Shown: positions 1 through 11,213 of the stretch, piece by piece
Position numbering within the stretch: the first letter of the stretch is position 1
Layout: the number at the start of each line of letters is the position of its first letter
Assembly: GCA_950097015.1 (NCBI GenBank)
Contig: CATNEN010000026.1
Location: forward strand, 992,001 to 1,056,000
Source of the DNA: Macrostomum hystrix
Taxonomy: Eukaryota > Animalia > Platyhelminthes
Direction: 5' to 3'
Length of the DNA: 64,000 nucleotides
Position numbers and translations under genes: made by a program
The notes under the pieces: model-generated
The model's database searches: none
Told to the model about the DNA's origin: nothing
Seen by the model: only the letters and a program-made list of their open reading frames with translations

Positions 1-324
1 ACATTACTAGCATCAAAAAGAATACGATAAGGCCGTTCAAAACGCATCGCCTTTATTTTGGCAGTCTAGACAGATTTTGCAATTAGCTCTTAGACCGGGG
101 GTCTACAGAAGCTAGAAAACATAAGGGCTTTCAACCTGCTTGGCAAACGCTTGTCAGAAAACAATGCCCAGTATATGATCTTTTTATCTGGATCAGCGAG
201 CGCTTTCGCAAAGTGAAGTGGAGTCGCTTCGAAATGCGAGATTTTTAGCTTAGTCTACAAAAGGGATTAATTAGAAGAATTGAGCTGAGCGGCATTCGCA
301 AAACGCTGGTAAGGAAGGAAGACA

Positions 325-807
325 ATGCTGCTAGCAGTCCTGATCCTGAACCTGGCAATGCAGCTCCCCTGCTGCAGCTGCCAGCAGGGCTCGAGCCCCG
401 ACTCGTGCCGCAGTTCCGTCTGGTTCCTGAGCCGGGACAGCACGAAGGAGTACTCACTGCTTGTCTCGTTCCCGGCTACAGGCGAGGCTGCCTGCCTGTT
501 CGCAGCCGCCGTTGGAGCCGCTGACGCCTCGCCATTAACGAGTCCCGACCAGTTTTTCTCAACGTACGACAATGACAATGACTTGCAAGACTATCCGATT
601 AGCTGCGCTGCAAGACCCTTTTCAGGCTGGTGGTTCGGCAGCTGCTTCTTTTTCAACCCAAACGGACGCTACGTGGATACAGAAGCTACCAGTCCGGGAC
701 AGACAGGCGGGCCCTGCCTAGTCTACACATGGCCCGGCTCCTCTTACCCGTTTGTTATGTGGTACTCGGTGCGAGAGTTCGAGTGCCTCGTCACCGAGTT
801 TGTCTAG
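325..807 (+). CDS. Secreted fibrinogen-related domain (FReD) protein, short/partial domain
   Basis: Hydrophobic N-terminus (MLLAVLILNLAM) followed by fibrinogen C-terminal motifs FFSTYDNDND, C..., GWWFGSC, NPNGRY. Confidence 0.7.
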   Translation: MLLAVLILNLAMQLPCCSCQQGSSPDSCRSSVWFLSRDSTKEYSLLVSFPATGEAACLFAAAVGAADASPLTSPDQFFSTYDNDNDLQDYPISCAARPFSGWWFGSCFFFNPNGRYVDTEATSPGQTGGPCLVYTWPGSSYPFVMWYSVREFECLVTEFV

Positions 808-1140
808 GCTTCAGTCTTTAGACAGTCGCAGTACGCATAACTTGAGATCAAAACAGCTGGCCCTTGATTACACTCCGTTAACTAGTTTCTTTCTCTAACA
901 AATATATCTAACAGTTCGGCAGATTTTAGGCTACAAATGTGTAATTTAAGAAATCTCACAAAGATATCCACGACTTTGTGGCGTGTCGCGGAAGGCCTCT
1001 TGTTTTCACTAAGTCCGGTCTGGGGGCGTTTTACAAACCCGAAATTTCACAACGTCGAACAAGATCGGAATTTCACTACGCCGAATAGCATTGCTGAGAT
1101 GAGAGACTTCATGACGTCACAAAGTCTCCTATTTTTGCAG

Positions 1141-1206
1141 TGCAATTCGACGTTGTGAAGCCTTGTGCAATTCGACGTTGTGAAGCCTTGTGCAATTCGA
1201 CGTTGT
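1141..1206 (+). repeat. 25-bp tandem repeat, about 2.6 copies
   Basis: TGCAATTCGACGTTGTGAAGCCTTG starts at 1141, 1166 and 1191 (partial). Confidence 0.9.
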
Positions 1207-1694
1207 CAAATTTAAACGTAATCAAATTTCGGGTTTGCGAAGGCGCCCCCGGTCTATGTATCGATTATTTTCCTGCCCCAGTGGGCCACCTCCAGTCTAG
1301 CCCACGCTCTTGTTTCTCTTACCCCTTTTGATTATATTCGGCCTGCCTTTTTAACTCAATGTACGCTGTAACCCTCTCCGTCTACCCCCTCTGAGCCTGC
1401 CTGCTTTGTTCACTCACCCTTCTGCCTTCATTGTTATCAGCTCAAAATAGATTTATGAGTTGGGGGCTCTGCTTTGATCGCGCCTTGGTTGTCTCTGCCG
1501 CCGCCTCTTACTAAAACTCATCCAATTCTTTGTTAATTTCGCATGCCGATTTAGTCGTAAACTTGATTGAGGCGAATGCTTTAATATCCCCGACTTATAA
1601 ACAAAGACTATTCAAAACTTCTCGGTTCAAAATTGAGTTCGTAGCCAAGCGAACAACCTGCAGCGTCACAATAAATTATTTCCCCGCATTCCAG

Positions 1695-2203
1695 GTTCAA
1701 CCAAGGAGTTCTTCCGCCGCTCGGAGGAGCCAACCTACAAGAAGATGTTCGAGCTGATGGAGCGAGACAAATCAGCGTATGCCAACTCGCTGAAGGAGGG
1801 CATCGACAGGGTGATCGAGTCGGACGGAAAGTACGCCTTCATTCTGGAGTCGAAGACCAACATCTACACCAATAACCGGAAGCCCTGCGTCACTATGATG
1901 GTCGGGCAGGAGTTCAGCCTGAAGGGCTACGGCATCGCCATCAGTCAGGAGAAGCACGAGCTGCGCGAGCGAATCAACGAGGCCGTCTTACAGCTGCGCG
2001 AGAGTCAGGATCTGGACCGCAAGTACAAGGAATGGTGGATTGAGAAGGGCGAGTGCCCGGAGGACGGCAGCCCGAAGCTGCAGCCGTTGGCCATCGGCAA
2101 TCTTTTGGGCGTGTTCGGCATCCTGATTGCAGGCTTGCTGCTGGCCATGGTCACAGCCCTACTGGAGTTCTGCTGCAGTGGTGGTGCCAGCGGTAGTCAG
2201 TGA
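1695..2203 (+). CDS. Ionotropic glutamate receptor (AMPA/kainate-like), terminal exon: S2 ligand-binding lobe, M4 helix, short tail
   Basis: Acceptor TTCCAG at 1689-1694, then (G)STKEFFRRSEEPTYKKMFE...YAFILES...KPCVTMMVG...KGYGIA...LQLRE...KEWW.EKGEC and a hydrophobic M4. AATAAA at 2434-2439. Confidence 0.92.
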
Positions 2204-3184
2204 ATATCTTACTGACAAACACTGTAGGAACGATTCCTTTTCGAATATATTAGCTCGTACCTAGCCTGGTTGGTTGTTAAACCAGTGCGGCGGTTGGCGG
2301 CTGTACATCGGTTGTACTCCTGTTCCGTGTGTTGCGCGCCCGCCCCTCCTCTCGCTTATTTATTTAAATGCTGTGCTTGAGTCCCCACTTGACTTGATTG
2401 GTTTTTTTTCTGCTTTTATTTCAATTTTAATCGAATAAATATACTTTGTGCACAATACTCGGCTTCATGGGGCGGCTTCGTGCCCTGTCATCCTGCCAAT
2501 CGCCTGTCTTGTTCAACTGGTTTAAAAGCTTTTCAAAATCAAACATCAATTTAGCGTTTTTTAATCTTGAAATCTGTCTGAATATATATCTTACTCTGAA
2601 TTTGCGCCTGTTTAGTTCTAGCCGTATGATTTTTTAAATTTGCGTTACAACTAGCATTCATAGAGCTTTAGCAATGCTGGATCTGAACCAAATCTCTAGT
2701 TGGCCACCCACAATTGTTTTGCTGAGACCCGGGTCGCAAGCTGATTGGCCCTACTATGTCTTCTCTATGTCCTCTCATTCAGCCAATCAGCCCTACGCAG
2801 CTTTGCCCCCCTCCACTCACGGGCGAGCGGTTATTAACCAGCCAATTCAACCCCCTTCATGCGCGCCGATTGGCTGGCTAGCAAACAAAGCGTTATAAGC
2901 GTTTCTACTCATTGAAATTTTGTTTTGATGTGCTAGCAAATAGTCAGAATGTAAAGGAAACTGGAAAGCAAGGAAATGCATGTATTCTTGACGATGTATG
3001 CAGTCTTTGCATCTGCTTCTGAGCGAACTTGAGTAAAGATAACATTTCATTGTTTGTTGATAAAGCAATTCGGCAATAAAAATGCAATTAAGTTCAAAAA
3101 CTAGTGCGGATTGAAATAATGTTTCAAAGCAGCATACAAAAAAGGAGATACGGAAGGAAATTCTTCAAATAAGTGTTTCAATGT

Positions 3185-3760
3185 TTAAGCGGCAAATTTT
3201 TTCGCTCTAACTCCTCGATTCTCCTGTTGTTGAAGCAATCGCCGCAGCGACTGAAGCCTGGCGAACGGGTCAGAGCCAGAGCACAGTCGCCAGCCGCCGT
3301 TATCATCCGACTCAACTGGCACCACGAAGTACTTGCTTAAACCCTTCTCCACAGCGAACTCACGTGACAAATCACCCGGCTGGAGTTGACAGCCGATCTT
3401 CTGCAGGCGGAGCACCTTGTCCACGCTCAGCCCTTCGAACGCCACAGTCGAGTCTACATCCAAGAAGGCCAAACCGTCGTCGCTGCAGTCTTTCTCCAGA
3501 AGCAGAAGGTCCTCACCGCAAACGCGGAAGAAGTGCACTGAGAGGCGAAGACGGCGCACGGACTTGGAGCAGATCAGCTCAGCTTGTCGCAACGAGTACC
3601 GACGGCGCACCGCGTCGAACCACAGGAAGCGAATGGCGTTGGAATCGTCCTGGCTGCTACCGTCGGCTCGCAGCTGACGCTTCTGACTCTGCTGCTGCTG
3701 CTGCTGTTGCTGCTCCAATTGTATTTGGCTTGTCGAGGTTGACTCCTTAGCCATCGGCAT
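3185..3760 (-). CDS. Hypothetical protein with N-terminal polyQ, no domain recognised
   Basis: 191 aa ORF with GC-rich coding-like composition between AT-rich flanks. Confidence 0.45.
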   Translation of the reverse strand: MPMAKESTSTSQIQLEQQQQQQQQSQKRQLRADGSSQDDSNAIRFLWFDAVRRRYSLRQAELICSKSVRRLRLSVHFFRVCGEDLLLLEKDCSDDGLAFLDVDSTVAFEGLSVDKVLRLQKIGCQLQPGDLSREFAVEKGLSKYFVVPVESDDNGGWRLCSGSDPFARLQSLRRLLQQQENRGVRAKKFAA

Positions 3761-3860
3761 CGAGCCTGAGGTGCGCCTATCGAAAATAAGAAAAGTAGTT
3801 GGGGAGTAGAAAAAAGATTTTTAGTATATTTTTATTTAAATTATATATTCTGGTAAGAGG

Positions 3861-3923
3861 TTAACACCTGGAGAGAGTCTGCTGCTTTTGCTGCTGCTGC
3901 TGCTGCTGCTGCTGCTTCTGCTG

Positions 3924-3968
<45 letters not shown>

Positions 3969-4454
3969 CTTCTTCTGCTGTCGTTGATGCTTCTTCTGTT
4001 TAATCGAGGTTTCTACTGCCGCTTTCGGCGTTGGTGGCAACGGTTTGATCGCCACCAACGTTTTAGACGTCTCGCCTCGGTGGCAGACGACTTTGGACGC
4101 GTCAACCGTGTGATTGGAGTTGTGGTGATGACATTGGCAGGCGCAGCAGGTCTGCAGTGGCGATTTCGAATTTCTAACAAGCTGGTCGCCCAGGTTGCTC
4201 CCGTCCTGAGGCGCCCGTCTCCAGTGCTTGCTGTCCGCATCGACTGCCGCGGTGTCGCTGCTAGACAACAGCGTTGCCAGGCCAGAAAGCTGCTTGATGG
4301 TTTTGCCCAGCCGTTTCTGGAAATCGCGCATGCTCTTCTCTGACTGCCGCTCCCTGGGGCTGCTGACAGTTGTCTTCGTAGAGCTGGTAGTCAGGTTGAA
4401 GCTTGTTGCTGGCATTTCTGTGCGCTCCCTATTGCCAACCGAACCAAGCATCAT
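3861..4454 (-). CDS. Hypothetical low-complexity protein with C-terminal polyQ
   Basis: 197 aa ORF with a CAG-rich tract at 3880-3985; GC-rich island in AT-rich context. Confidence 0.4.
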
Positions 4455-4587
4455 TTGACCGTTCTACTTCTGACGCAGTTGGGTTCAGTTTGTAGCGTAT
4501 TTTGATTAAAAGATTGTGCAAATGAAGTGCTCTCACTTGGCTTTAGAGGTCACTTGGTTTGGCCCATAGACTAAAAGCAGGGGGAAG

Positions 4588-4844
4588 TCCTAATATACTA
4601 AATCTCTGAGCAATATATGCAATCGACTAACTCCCGAACGGCTTAACCGAGTTTCACAATTCCTTCACCAAGGGATGTCAAATAGGCCCGAATCGGTACG
4701 CGTATTTGTTTCATCTTAACTTCATTGCTAAGGGGAATTAAATATTCGAAATACGGTTTTAGATAGGCTTTTTTAATGCATTTCTAATGCATTTAATTGA
4801 TTGAGCTGATAGGGACCACCCAGAGGGTGGCGAAAGCCAATTAG
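4588..4844 (+). mobile_element. Non-autonomous Helitron (DINE-1/Lep1-like), same family as the 11.2-19.8 kb array
   Basis: 5' TCCTAATATACTAAA, shared body GCAATCGACTAACTCCCGAACGG, 3' hairpin CCACCC-AGA-GGGTGG followed by TTAG|T. Confidence 0.75.
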
Positions 4845-4928
4845 TCAAATTGCTTAAGTTAGTAGATGCCCGTTTCCCGTTTGCCCGCCAACGCAGTCTA
4901 TGTCTTAAAGCATTTCATTTATTTGACC

Positions 4929-5120
4929 CGGGAAATAACTGATTTATTTCCCGCTCACCCGGGGCGATAAACTGAACTTTTTATCATAGACAACTCACAA
5001 ACACAAGCATAACCAAGGACAACTTGATAACTTATAATAAGTTGTCCTTGTATTGAATTACAACCAAGGAGTATTGAGGTCGCCTAGTCGCCTACTCTAT
5101 ACTAGGCGACCTCAATACTC
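4929..5120. repeat. Cluster of perfect inverted repeats
   Basis: Stems: 10 bp (4929-4938/4944-4953), 12 bp (5014-5025/5039-5050), 20 bp (5069-5088/5101-5120). Confidence 0.9.
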
Positions 5121-5559
5121 TTTGTTTACAACGCTCAAGCGTGCAGATAACGCCTATGTCTATGGTAAAATCCTATAGTCAATCTATTCAAACAGCGTGC
5201 TGATAATAAAAAACTACTATGGCAAAACCTTAACATGGTTTATCAGTTTGACTATTTTAAGTGACTATTTAACGAGACAACAGAACAGCAAAGAACTGAA
5301 TGAGAGGCCTGCGTCACTTTCGCAGTATTGTCCATTTTAAAGTAGATTAAAATGGCAAATGGCGTCATTTTGGCAAATTAAAGGTGCACCCACTCACGTT
5401 TCCATGAAAGTTGAGTGTCAAGGTGACCTGTCGTGGCTCGGCTTGGTTTCCGCTGTTAGCCACAGCGCGCTCTGCTGGCATAGACGTCTCCATTCGTTTT
5501 TATCGCCCATGGATGAGTTAGCTCCATGCAGCGATGAATGCAGTGCGCTGCACATAGCC

Positions 5560-6437
5560 CGTATCTCGGATGTGCGTCGACTTCCGAATTACAGGTACCG
5601 CTCGACTGTTTTCACCTGCTCCTGACTAGTCATTTTACAGATATCGGCATTCGAGTAACCAGCATAACCAGCAGAAAACTCATTGATGACAGTCGGACGG
5701 ACACAATGGGCCGTGTAGCGCTTGCTCAAACTGGCAGCCTCCGATATCTTGGTCATCATGGTCAGCTAGGGTGTTCACACCAAGCTCTTGCGAAGCGCAA
5801 TACCAGTTCAAGTTCTTCCACCTGGTCGTTTTTGGTTTCAAGAAAAACGGTGCAGTGCTCGTTGAAGCCAAACTTCCAGGCAAAGACTCGCGAAGTTTGT
5901 CTAGATACATTCGGAGCGCCGCTACGGGGCAGTTTTCAGCAGTCTCGATCATCAGCGCCTCCTTCACACCCATCACAGGCGTCCCGACCGAGTGCGTGAC
6001 CTACATTCTTGACTTGAAGCCGATTGACACGAAGCCGTCTTCCTTCAGGTCCGTCAGCCATTCGCGACCGCGAGTACCGAAATAGTAAATCCTGTTGTAA
6101 TATACCTCTTGCAGCAGAGTCGTTGGAGACTGCCTGTCAAAGTAGCGCGATAACTTTTGCATGTCTTCCAGTGTCAAAGTAAATTTCCGAGCCATAGCCT
6201 TCAGAGTCGCGTTCGCAGCATAGAAGGCATCGCCCTCAATGATGTTTAGTTGCCTGACCTGCATCAAGTAGCGGTAGATGGCCACACGAATGCAGATTAG
6301 CGACGCTGGTGAATAAAATCCGCCGTCAGGCTTACGAGTCGTGCCGTAGAACACTCGCAGCACACGGTTGACTTACTCCGGCTCAGCCGTCAGCAGATCA
6401 ATTTTTAAGGACGGATTCGATTCCACGAAGGCCAACA
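5560..6437 (-). pseudogene. Crypton-type (DUF3504) tyrosine recombinase, decayed; main body
   Basis: LRVFYGTTRKPDGGFYSPASLICIRVAIYRYL, YYFGTRGRE, CPVAALRMYLDKL, LGVNTL, RYTAHCVRPT (HxxR) and KMT...VERY (catalytic Tyr region), spread over several frames with stops. Confidence 0.85.
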
Positions 6438-6729
6438 AGTAGTATGGCGAATTATGATTCTGCCGCATTAGCACTGCGGAGATAGGCGGTAGTGTAAAAG
6501 CAAAAGGAGTGGTTGAATTCACTGTATAGAGATAGGAATCGGAGGCGGCCAATGGGATGTTATGACACTGCCGCATTAGCACTGGGGAGATGTTATGCAA
6601 TGTAAAATGTAAAATGATAGAAAGGAAACGAAGGCACTGCAGAGATAAGAGAAATGGCTGGCCTATCTCTTTGCATTGAGGATGGATTAACACTGCAGGG
6701 ATAGGAAGAGAGGCCGGCCTATCTCTTGT

Positions 6730-8047
6730 CGACCTGTCTTGTCTAGACGACCTGTCAGCTGGTTGATGGCTATACATCTGGTTCCAATGAAAAACTTCGC
6801 GGGCCAAGTTTTCGAGAGATTTTAGAAATCTAAAGATGCATTCATTTGGATCCGAATCGCAAAACGATTAGTACATTTCCTTTTTAAGCCTAAGTGCAGG
6901 TCCTAGAATGCCATCACGAGGTACCACAAGGTAAGCTGCGGCACAAGGCTCATGTTTGTGCAATTAAAGCAGGAGATTCAGTATTTTCGCGTAAAATAGA
7001 CTCCAGATCGGCATAGACAACGTATGGTGGACTGATCGTGTTTTGAAAGTTCTTGAACTTGATTTCATTCTGTCCTGGAACAGGAAGCGTTTCCTTCACT
7101 GGATATTCTGCATCAATTTTGCATTCAGTCAAGTGCTGTTGAAGTCGATCACTAGAGTAGAAAGAAGCTAAGCATGTTGTGCACCGCTTTCTCATGGCAA
7201 GACCATTTCGACTGTTCATCAGTCTGTCGAAATTGCTAATGGCGCACCAATGTTTCTCTCCGTAGCTGTCTTTGACGAGTAAAAGCAATAGATGGATTCG
7301 GTTTCCTGCGTCATGCTTGAGACGACGGATAAGGCTTACGCTGCCTTGCTGCCATGAAAATGCTGAGATACAAATTTGCGGATTTATCGCTTCAACACGA
7401 TCAATATCGGCAACAGCCATAACCACTAAAGTCAAGCACATGGATCCAATCATTGTAAGAAGAAATCCTACCAGGTGACTTTTTAACCTTTGGATCGATG
7501 TGGTGCAGAGCAGCAAGACAAGCATACTTGAAGCAGTCGTTGCCTGTGCTTGGTGGATTTATAACTGCGTTTTTGTTTTTCAGACTTGCAGCAAGATTGA
7601 ATCTTACGGCTCTGCCGCGGTGAAATCGAATTGGATTGTACTTAGCTAAACTAATGTCAATAAAATTAATTCGACGAATTGTCCAGCCACTGCCATGAGT
7701 ATTGAGCATGCTGCAGATTTTCTCAAATTCTTGCTCCTGTCCACTGAGCCAATCATTTAGGTGTTTCACGACATCGCTCTGATCAATGGCTTGCATCTTA
7801 AAGCTTATCCATTTATCTTCTTCAGCTAGCCCCTCTCCATCTCTTATTCTCTCCATATGGACATTCACCTTCAGCTGAATCTTGTAATGATGCCTTGAAA
7901 TTCTAATTTTTAGCGCGTCAATTATTAGATGCCGAGCTTGGGCAAAGAATTCAGATGGTAGAGTGTCGGAATGGCTTGGTCTTAGTCCTAGGAGTTCTAG
8001 TGTCTGGTCATAGGCTTCTGCAACTCTGCTGAGACTGACTGCCTGGC
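6730..8047 (-). pseudogene. polB: Truncated protein-primed PolB, N-terminal part up to just past ExoI
   Basis: GQAVSLSRVAEAYDQTLELL..., RINFIDISLAKYNPIRF, NDCFKYACLAALH, HWCAISNFDRL, PPYVVYADLES, colinear with 36012-38380. Frameshifts present; ends at a junction with TIR sequence near 6725. Confidence 0.9.
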
Positions 8048-8507
8048 CTAAAATGTGTGTTTTTTTAAAGAATTTATTAGCTCATGTGTATTGGTTAATA
8101 CGAGTCGAATACAATATACTCGTAACTTAGCCTTTATCTGATAAACATTCGCAACTTTAAAAAACCTTCCATAAACAGCCATTTGGATCAATAAGAATAT
8201 AGTTAGATGATTTGAGCATCACTCTCTTTTTAGTGGTTACAGAAATTCGTTCCTTAGGCATGTGACCCACATTCTCCTTGCTATATTACAGTCAACATTT
8301 GTGTTTTTGCTTGCTGTTTTATGCCTCGACTGTCCAAAATCGACTGCTGTTTGAGAAGTCCAGATCTCAATGTCTGCTGCTCTGGGGTTTATTTGAGCAA
8401 TGCTACATGCTACAGGCTTCAAGTTTAAACGAAAGGGCTAGCAGAAAACTTAAACCAAAATATTTCCAAGGCAAGTGCTTAATCAATTTCGAGCTTTAAT
8501 TTCTCAC

Positions 8508-8723
8508 CTAACTGCTCCACACTGTCTCCTTGCATGGGCTTATCTGGGCCAAAATCGGATTCACTAGCAACGCTACTGTGCTCAGTGCTGTCGCTAGTTC
8601 CGCTGCCGCCGCCGCCGCTGTCATCGCACCTATTGGTACTACCATCGCTTTCAATGCTGTCGGATGCATTAGTGATGACATTTTGCCCGCTGCTACCTCT
8701 GCTGATTGCACCTGATTGCTGAC
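8508..8723 (-). CDS. Predicted 216-bp phase-1/phase-1 acidic Ser/Gly-rich exon upstream of polB
   Basis: Acceptor CTTTTCCTCAG (intron ends 8724) and donor GTGAGA (intron starts 8507). Reads SQQSGAISRGSS...ESDFGPDKPMQGDSVEQL, open and in frame with both neighbouring exons. Confidence 0.65.
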   Translation of the reverse strand, partial: VSNQVQSAEVAAGKMSSLMHPTALKAMVVPIGAMTAAAAAAELATALSTVALLVNPILAQISPCKETVWSS

Positions 8724-8990
8724 CTGAGGAAAAGGACGCATTTAGTTAACTATAACTTAGCGATTTAAATTTACCAAATGATGGCTTTTTTCTCCAGAAA
8801 AGAGAGATAATGATAATCTCATTGCTCACGTCTCTACAGAACTTTATGTTCTGAAATCCTAGTTGTATAAACTGAGCCAAGCAATCGAATATGATTTTTA
8901 TGGTCCTATAGACATGTCATCAATCAGTAGCAGCTTTACAATAGTTCTATGCACTTAACATCAAGAATTAGGAAACTTTAGTCAACTCAC

Positions 8991-9537
8991 TGTCATCCTT
9001 GGCACTGCTGTCCGTTCCAGAATAGTGTTCTCCGTTTTGAGCACTGTTTCTGTCGCTTTTGTTTCTGATGATGTAGCTTTTGAAGCGATGGCTGCCTTCA
9101 ATAGACTCGTTAAAATCTTGATTTGATGATTCAAATAAACTTACATCTGTCTCAGACAGGTTGCTATGTGTCTCAGACAGGTTGCTATGTGTCTCAGACA
9201 GGTTGCTATGTGTCTCAGACAGGTTGCTATGTGTCTCAGACAGGTTGCTATGTGTCTCAGACAGGTTGCTATGTGTCTCAGACAGGTTGCTATGTGTCTC
9301 AGACAGGTTGCTATGTGTCTCAGACAGGTTGCTATGTGTCTCAGACAGGTTGCTATGTGTCTCAGACAGGTTGCTATGTGTCTCAGACAGGTTGCTATGT
9401 GTCTCAGACAGGTTGCTATGTGTCTCAGACAGGTTGCTATGTGTCTCAGACAGGTTGCTATGTGTCTCAGACAGGTTGCTATGTGTCTCAGACAGGTTTT
9501 CATCTGAGTCGGAAGATACTGTATTAATTTCAGTATA
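8991..9537 (-). CDS. Predicted acidic exon containing (SETHSNL)n encoded by a 21-bp VNTR
   Basis: Acceptor TTATTGCAG (9538), donor GTGAGT (8990, phase 1); part of ORF 8968-9543. Confidence 0.6.
9148..9497 (+). repeat. 21-bp minisatellite, about 16 perfect copies
   Basis: Unit TGTCTCAGACAGGTTGCTATG. Confidence 0.97.
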
Positions 9538-9985
9538 CTGCAATAAATTGGTAATCTAATCATTGAATATTGATGATTGCATCATGAAAACTGTTACAGA
9601 GAACTAGAAATAGATGGTACAGCTTTATCATTAGTTAAATGTAGTTAAGTACTCCATGCCTAAAAACGACGAAATTTCTTCATTTTTTTATTTATTGCTT
9701 ACATTCACATCACCTACAGACGCAGCAAATTCCAAAGCTTTTTCAACTCCGCTTGACGACTACTTCTTATCGCTGGAAAACAGTTTTCACAGAATAAAAA
9801 ATCTTCTACTCAAAACCTATAAAAATTATCAGCTGTTGCGTCCAATCTCCACTAATTTTAAGCACGGAAAATTTTCAATTTGATGAAAATTCGGAATTAC
9901 AGTGGCAAAAACATAATTTCATTGTTAAAAAATGTTATTTTGTAACCTGATCCGGTGACAGGTGGAAGAACGAGCTGCACTTGAT

Positions 9986-10792
9986 TCATTTTCGCTGGAA
10001 TCTCGTTCGCGGTTGGATCTCGTTCGCGGTTGGATTTCCACCAGCTGTTGGCATCACTCCATTTGAAGCTTCGACTGCATTAAACTCCCCCAGGGCCTCC
10101 ATTAGGAAATCAACATCTTGCTGAGGCAGCTGAACATCAGGGAGGCAGCTGGACGTCGGCAGAAGGCAGCTGAACATCAGGGGGTGGCAGCTGGACGTCG
10201 GCAGAAGGCAGCTGAACATCAGGGGGTGGCAGCTGGACGTCGGCAGAAGGCAGCTGAACATCACGGGGTGGCAGCTGGACTTCGGCAGAAGGCAGCTGAA
10301 TGTTGGCGGTTTGCCGCTGATGATCAATATCCTCATCGTCGCTCCACTCTTCCTCGTTAAAACTAACGCATGGACTGCACATCCAAAGTTGTTTGCCTCT
10401 AATTTGCGGCGGTTGACGATCGGCATGCGGCTCAGCGAAGTCATCGTCACTGTTGGCCTCGGCGATGACCGCATTGATAAGCTGGCTGAGGGCTTGCTTT
10501 CTGCCTGCCTCCTCGCTCGCCTGATCTTGGGCTTTTTGCAGCACACTGCGTCGCAAGTTGCGGACTCCATCGTCACCAGCAGGCAGCAGCTGATGTCCTC
10601 GATGCCGAAGAGCAGAAATTTTTTCCCGGGCTTAATCAACCCGCATTGCCAGCAAACAGACCATGTACTTTTGTTACAGCTCAAGTGGCGGTCCGACTTA
10701 AGACTACCAAGGACACTTTTGTGACAAGTTAAGCAAACTTCACAAGTTGCTAGAAATTCAACATTTTCCTTGGTTCTTGCTTTTGCTTTCAT
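9986..10792 (-). pseudogene. Frameshifted homolog of the Polinton Cys/His-rich protein at 39302-40189, with a 42-bp repeat
   Basis: CEVCLTC...DRHLSC...WSVCWQC, then in another frame GHQLLP...IRGKQ...EEEWSDDED. The 42-bp repeat at about 10127-10300 encodes PDVQLPSADVQLPP. TATATAAA (minus strand) at 10859-10866. Confidence 0.75.
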
Positions 10793-11107
10793 TTTTAGAT
10801 TTAATTGACGCTCGTATGTGCTTAAATCGGAATTTATTCCTGTTCAGGTAAAATCCTGTTTATATACTCATGCATCTTCCTTACACTCAATCCAGCAAAA
10901 AAACTGTTTATCCTCCTTTACAATATCTAGCTCCACACCCCCAAACAGTGTTCAGCGCCTATCTCGCCAGTGCGGCAGTGTCATAACATCCCATTGGCCG
11001 CCTCCGATTCCTATCTCTATACAGTGAATTCACCCACTCCTATGCTTTTACACTACCGCCTATCTCGCCAGTGCTAATGCGGCAGTGTCATAATTCGCCA
11101 TACTACT

Positions 11108-11205
11108 CCAACAGCCTTTTGACGTACTGATCCGTCTGTCGTCTGGTATTGTTACATTCAGCTAGATTCGAGGTAGGCTTTCCCGCTGGGTATTTTTGAG
11201 TAGTC
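11108..11205 (-). pseudogene. N-terminal piece of the Crypton recombinase ORF split by the Polinton derivative
   Basis: Removing 6438-11107 and one TSD gives the continuous frame NNTRRQTDQYVKRLLAFVESNPSLKIDLL...VNRVLRVFY. Confidence 0.8.
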
Positions 11206-11213
11206 TTCTTCTA

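Larger units (their letters stand above)
6438..11107 (-). mobile_element. Internally deleted Polinton/Maverick (4.67 kb), divergent from the 25-42 kb element
   Basis: Begins AGTAGTATGGCGAATTATGA and ends TCATAATTCGCCATACTACT. 6-bp TSD CCAACA (6432-6437, 11108-11113); TIRs about 135 bp; retains the 5' polB part and its upstream genes. Confidence 0.93.

Noticed and set aside
3888-4343. Poly-Leu ORF on the plus strand
   Set aside because: Antisense of the CAG/polyQ tract.
9123-9563. Four additional overlapping ORFs across the 21-bp repeat
   Set aside because: The repeat is stop-free in several frames; only the SETHSNL frame has splice sites and homology support.
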